The notes below the pieces were generated by a model, which was given only the letters and a program-made list of their open reading frames with translations, ran no database searches and was not told the origin of the DNA. This document shows positions 60,149-64,000 of a DNA stretch of 64,000 nucleotides, piece after piece. Both the position numbers and the translations under genes were made by a program. The DNA is from Candidatus Ryanbacteria bacterium RIFCSPLOWO2_12_FULL_44_26 (GTDB taxonomy: Bacteria > Patescibacteriota > Minisyncoccia > Ryanbacterales > HO2-45-13), in NCBI GenBank assembly GCA_001821765.1, contig MHOA01000007.1:9565-73564 (forward strand), given 5' to 3'. Within the stretch, counting starts at the first letter, position 1, and each line of letters opens with the position of its first letter.

Positions 60149-61441
60149 ATGAAAAAGAATGTTGTTTTAAGTCTTATCGCGTTCGGCATAGCCATTGTGT
60201 TATTGCCATTGGTTTCAGCGTTTGAGGCGCATGTCATTAACGTAACCGCGCAGATTGATAATAATTTTCTTCTGGACCCCATTCCGGATCTGGATTTCGG
60301 GACTGCCTTTCCGCAGGAAATGCTCGATTTAACGTTTCTTGTTTCTCTCTCTGAATCAATCGCGAATTTTAATGTTGACGATGTTGAATACGTACTCCGG
60401 CAGAAACCGAAATGCGTAAATGATAACGATCCTTCCGACCATCCTCCTGTGTATGAGGACGAAAATGGCAATTTCTTCTGCCCTGAAGGATCAACAATGA
60501 TGCCATTGCTTTGCCCGTATTTATCTAAGACCGAGATTACCTTAGACGGCGATGAAGGCGAAAACGACGGCCCCGCTATACCTCCATTTCATGGACTTCC
60601 CGGACCGTGGACACTCGCCACTACTTTAGCCCACGAGACATTTGGACGCCTCATAGCGTCAGCGAATGATTCCCAAGATGAGTGGAATATTGACCTTAAA
60701 GTGCCTTGTTTTGAGGATCACTGCAGTCAGGATTGGTCTGATTTTATAAGGGATACATCGGAAAATCCCGATATTGATCCTGAAATCTACAAGCTTGATC
60801 CGCTCTTGGAGCACAGCATTTTTGGCTGTGATTTGTGGCTTGAAGTGACTGCCACATCAACCCCCCCCGGATGCGAGGAACAGCTTGATCTCATGCTGGT
60901 TTTGGACCGTTCAGGATCAATTGACGCTGGTGAGCTTACGACGCTTAAGGACGCCGCTAATTCGTTTGTTGATGCCTTAGCTCCTTCAGTAGATACAGTG
61001 CATATTGGGCAGACGAGTTTTTCTACTACTGGAAGTTTAGACCTTCATTTAACCGACGTTGCGTCTGATATACATGACGCGATAAATGCTCTGGTTTCGG
61101 GTGGATTTACCAATCTCAAAAAAGGTATTGAGCTTGCTACAGATGAACTTGATGACGCGCATGAACATGAGCGGCCGGCAACGCCCGACGTGATGGTAAT
61201 CCTCACAGATGGTTTGCCAAATAGGCCGGCCGGTGATCCCGCAGGAGATGCGGCAGCTGCCGCTGATGCCGCGCGCGCGGCAGGCATAGAAATATTCGTG
61301 GTGGGGATAGGCGTGAGCCCCGCGACTGAATCGTATCTAAAAACTGAAATTGCCGATTCAGAGGCGCATTATTTCGGTGCGGCTGATTTTGAGGATCTTG
61401 AACCGATTCTTATAGGGCTTGCGGAGTGCCCAGCGGATTAA
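60149..61441 (+). CDS. secreted protein: TasA-like N-terminal domain (AFEAHVINVTA class) fused to a von Willebrand factor A domain
   Basis: Signal/TM MKKNVVLSLIAFGIAIVLLPLVSA then FEAHVINVTAQIDN...LDFGTAFPQEML; C-terminal VWA with MIDAS DRSGS, ...TDG... Confidence 0.6.
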   Translation: MKKNVVLSLIAFGIAIVLLPLVSAFEAHVINVTAQIDNNFLLDPIPDLDFGTAFPQEMLDLTFLVSLSESIANFNVDDVEYVLRQKPKCVNDNDPSDHPPVYEDENGNFFCPEGSTMMPLLCPYLSKTEITLDGDEGENDGPAIPPFHGLPGPWTLATTLAHETFGRLIASANDSQDEWNIDLKVPCFEDHCSQDWSDFIRDTSENPDIDPEIYKLDPLLEHSIFGCDLWLEVTATSTPPGCEEQLDLMLVLDRSGSIDAGELTTLKDAANSFVDALAPSVDTVHIGQTSFSTTGSLDLHLTDVASDIHDAINALVSGGFTNLKKGIELATDELDDAHEHERPATPDVMVILTDGLPNRPAGDPAGDAAAAADAARAAGIEIFVVGIGVSPATESYLKTEIADSEAHYFGAADFEDLEPILIGLAECPAD

Positions 61442-61623
61442 GCTTCTTGCTACATTCTCTTCTTCTTTTTTAGGAGAAGAGAGACGTAGCCGGAAGATAA
61501 GGGCTGTGAATGGCGCATTAAATAATTTTTTTAAGAAGTGCGTCATCAATAGCTCTTAAGCGAGCTTTCGGTTACAAAATGGTCGATAAATTATTATTAG
61601 TTAAAGACGAATAATAATAAAAA

Positions 61624-62571
61624 ATGAAAAAAAGAATTTTACTTGCATTAGGTTCGGCAGGAGCGGCTGCAGCGATAATCCCGCTTTTTGCGGCATTTGA
61701 AGCGCATGTCATTAATGTGACTGCGAAAATTGAAAACGCTCTTCAAGTGCAGACCGAAGCAATTGAGTTTGGGACTGTTTTCCCAGAAGAAGTGCTCTTT
61801 AAGGATTTTGGCGTTCAATTGAGCGACTCCTTCAGAGAGGAAGGGCGAGTTGATGACGTTGAGTACCATATCAAGCAGAAGGATAAGCCGATAGATCCTC
61901 AAGGGAAAGTCTGTCGCGACGGCACAACAGATTGCGCGCCTGAATTACAGATATCTACCACTCAATTCTGTCACAAAAATCGTCCTACGGATCCAGGGGA
62001 TCCTGAAGATCCTTACTACGATGTCTGCTATCCAAGTCTTTGTCCGTACTTGTCAAAAGATTCGGACGATGATGAACAGGGTTCTTTAGGCAATGACAAT
62101 GACGGAAGCATTGGAGCGTTTCACCGCGCTGAATGCGATGACGGAGAGGATAATGATCTGGATGGAGATATAGATTGGCCTGATGACAATGAGTGCACAT
62201 CGAAATATGACGACGACGAAGATGAAGAAGGTCAGCAGGGATTGGTTAATGGCTATCTTGCCAAGTCCATTCAAGACATTGTAGACATCTGGACTATTGA
62301 CCTCCATGTGCCTTGCTTTAAGGGAAGCTGCGCGCAGGATAATGTCATTCCGGAGGACTACCAGCTTGACCCCCGACTTGAGCATGAAGTATTCGGATGC
62401 GATTTGTGGGTAGAGGTAACGGGAGTAAGCGAGTCAAACGGAGAAATATTGCCGCAATGCAGCGATGGTCTTAATAATGATAGTGACGAAGACATTGATT
62501 CAGCAGATTTAGGTTGTTTAGACGATAGTGGTAATTGGGATCCGACTGACGATGATGAATCGGATGCATAA
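61624..62571 (+). CDS. secreted paralogue with the same AFEAHVINVTA N-terminal domain and a D/E-rich Cys-containing C-terminal region
   Basis: MKKRILLALGSAGAAAAIIPLFAAFEAHVINVTAKIEN...IEFGTVFPEEVL; shares the WTIDLHVPCF...YQLDPRLEHEVFGCDLWVEVT block with 60149; many DxDxD stretches. Confidence 0.55.
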   Translation: MKKRILLALGSAGAAAAIIPLFAAFEAHVINVTAKIENALQVQTEAIEFGTVFPEEVLFKDFGVQLSDSFREEGRVDDVEYHIKQKDKPIDPQGKVCRDGTTDCAPELQISTTQFCHKNRPTDPGDPEDPYYDVCYPSLCPYLSKDSDDDEQGSLGNDNDGSIGAFHRAECDDGEDNDLDGDIDWPDDNECTSKYDDDEDEEGQQGLVNGYLAKSIQDIVDIWTIDLHVPCFKGSCAQDNVIPEDYQLDPRLEHEVFGCDLWVEVTGVSESNGEILPQCSDGLNNDSDEDIDSADLGCLDDSGNWDPTDDDESDA

Positions 62572-62655
62572 GAGGAATTAATATTTGATCCTCGATCACT
62601 CCGGTTCCGGCTTGCCGGGACCGGAGGATTGGGGGATTAACAAACCAAAGGTCGT

Positions 62656-63165
62656 TTGGTATATTATAAGGTCATGGACCCAGTCATGGATTTACGGAAT
62701 GTAAATCGTCAAAAACCGGAAGAAACCGCCATAAAATCAAGAAAATTTACGGGAGGCGAGAAAGTTTTGATAGGAGCAATCACCCTTGTTTTTCTTTTTG
62801 TTTTCTACGTCACGCTGGATGCCAATAAATATAAAGCGCTTGTGCGGGTGATTGAGGGTGAGGGAAGAGTCGGGGTAAATCCCACGACCGAAGCTCTAGA
62901 TTTCGGGGATCTCTCGCGCGGCACCTCCGCCGTAAGAGGAGTTGAAATAGTGAATGCCACTCCTATTCCCATGTTCATTATGGTGCTGCGGGTGGGCGGA
63001 ATTTCCGAGCTTATGGATCTTGATAAAAACAATTTTGTGCTTTCTGCCAGAGAGACCGAGCGCCTCCAGTTTACAGTCTTTATTCCTGCTTCCGCTCCGG
63101 TCGGGGAAGAATTTTCCGGTAGGGTATTCCTTTTTAAAGTTCCAGGGCCTTGGCGTAAGAGCTGA
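62656..63165 (+). CDS. hypothetical membrane-anchored protein with LDFGDLSRGTS motif (possible accessory of the SipW-dependent system)
   Basis: One TM helix, then a beta-rich 110-aa domain; it shares the LDFG motif with the paralogues. Confidence 0.4.
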   Translation: MVYYKVMDPVMDLRNVNRQKPEETAIKSRKFTGGEKVLIGAITLVFLFVFYVTLDANKYKALVRVIEGEGRVGVNPTTEALDFGDLSRGTSAVRGVEIVNATPIPMFIMVLRVGGISELMDLDKNNFVLSARETERLQFTVFIPASAPVGEEFSGRVFLFKVPGPWRKS

Positions 63166-63167
63166 GG

Positions 63168-63608
63168 ATGATAAAAAGAGCCGCTCGCGTAATCCTAAAC
63201 GCGGCTGTCTACATTTTAATAATTGTGAGTATCGTATGGGGGCTCCCTCAATTTTTGTCGTGGAAGCTGGAAACTCCTTATCCTTTAGCCGCGATTACTT
63301 CCGGCTCCATGTGGCCCGCTTTGAAAGAGGGCGATCTTGTTTTGATAAAGCGCGTCGGGAAGGATGAGATCAAAAAAAGCGACATTATCGTCTGGAAAAA
63401 CGAGCGCGGCTTTACGATCCACAGGGTTGTGGCGCTCAAGGATAAGATGCTCGTTACGAAAGGAGATGCCAACTTCGTCGAGGACGAGCCGGTGCGCTAT
63501 GAAAACGTCGTTGGCGAGGCGCTGACGTTTCGCGGCAAAACCGCGCGCATTCCGTATCTTGGATTTATTTCAGTGATGGGAGCAAACATTCTGGAATCCG
63601 CCAATTGA
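63168..63608 (+). CDS. signal peptidase I, archaeal/ER type (S26B, SipW-like)
   Basis: 146 aa, single N-terminal TM, catalytic Ser box ITSGSMWPAL, His region FTIHRVVAL, TKGDANFVEDEP box; far shorter than LepB-type SPases. Confidence 0.65.
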   Translation: MIKRAARVILNAAVYILIIVSIVWGLPQFLSWKLETPYPLAAITSGSMWPALKEGDLVLIKRVGKDEIKKSDIIVWKNERGFTIHRVVALKDKMLVTKGDANFVEDEPVRYENVVGEALTFRGKTARIPYLGFISVMGANILESAN

Positions 63609-63925
63609 ATTATTTATTGTTTATGAAACGCGCCGGAAAAAATCTGAAAAAGCGAAGCGTCACCGGGTTCAAAGAAGGACCGCGACTTTGGGATTGGGCA
63701 ATAACGGAAGAAGCCGACGGCATGATATTACGATTCGTAAAAGTGCCACGGCGCATCCGCTACGTGCCGGTAACGGATATTGTTCCTCCGGCGGCACCTT
63801 GCAGGCCAACAACCGCTGGAACCGGACATGCCTATAAAAAATCCATTGCGCTAGATCGTTCACGGAGAAGTTCCATTGCGGGAAGGATCATAAAATCGCT
63901 CTTTCAAAGGCGCTCGCTTGTCGGC

Positions 63926-64000
63926 ATGACATCGGGAGCGCTTATTATAACCGTTGCCCTTTTGCCGCTGCTTTCCGCGTTTGAAGCGCATGTCATTAAT
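63926..64000 (+). CDS. third paralogue of the AFEAHVIN secreted protein family (3' partial, runs off window)
   Basis: MTSGALIITVALLPLLSAFEAHVIN; an upstream in-frame extension to 63624 exists but the paralogues start at the signal peptide. Confidence 0.45.
   Translation, partial: MTSGALIITVALLPLLSAFEAHVIN

Overview
The window is a gene-dense, mostly + strand bacterial segment with low GC. Several features (Wzy_C-TPR fusion proteins, an archease-RtcB RNA-repair operon, very large secreted multidomain proteins, a compact MetK) would fit an uncultivated Patescibacteria/CPR-like lineage, but I cannot confirm taxonomy from sequence alone.

Housekeeping genes read clearly. They include murJ, lepA, an FtsB-like gene, a convergent tRNA-Gly(CCC)/tRNA-Thr(CGT) pair separated by a 28-bp perfect hairpin, prfB with its programmed +1 frameshift (CTT TGA C at 11502-11508), ftsEX, a class A PBP, metK, and the archease-ThpR-RtcB cluster.

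Accessory content is rich:
(1) A high-GC island of about 3 kb (14444-17440) carries a secreted protein with Myxococcus-type CGxG...GExCD cysteine repeats, a truncated IS481/IS3-like integrase N-terminal remnant, and a second high-GC ORF.
(2) A 2213-aa alpha-2-macroglobulin-like protein (GCSEQ thioester motif) converges tail-to-tail on a PbpC-like PBP.
(3) An IS200/RAYT-type HUH tyrosine transposase flanked by, and containing, three copies of a palindrome AACACC-A-GGTGTT sits between wzm and wzt of a polysaccharide cluster (wzm/wzt, FkbM and SAM methyltransferases, two GT4, WbaP-like, Wzy_C-TPR).
(4) Two copies of an unclassified conserved leader RNA (P1 hairpin GGGGAAACC/GGTTTCCC plus intrinsic terminator) lie upstream of a cluster of surface repeat proteins and upstream of a processive GT2.
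(5) A locus of processive GT2 (QxxRW), GT-C-like membrane protein, a 1472-aa malectin/PA14/IPT/propeller/Kelch protein with near-identical malectin domains at both ends, and a divergent GH6 recalls Streptomyces CslA-GlxA-CslZ.
(6) A SipW-type (S26B) signal peptidase is embedded among paralogous secreted proteins that share an AFEAHVINVTA N-terminus and a TasA-like LDFGT motif. This is a candidate SipW/TasA-like fibre or adhesin system and my best guess for a previously undescribed system.

No CRISPR array was seen.
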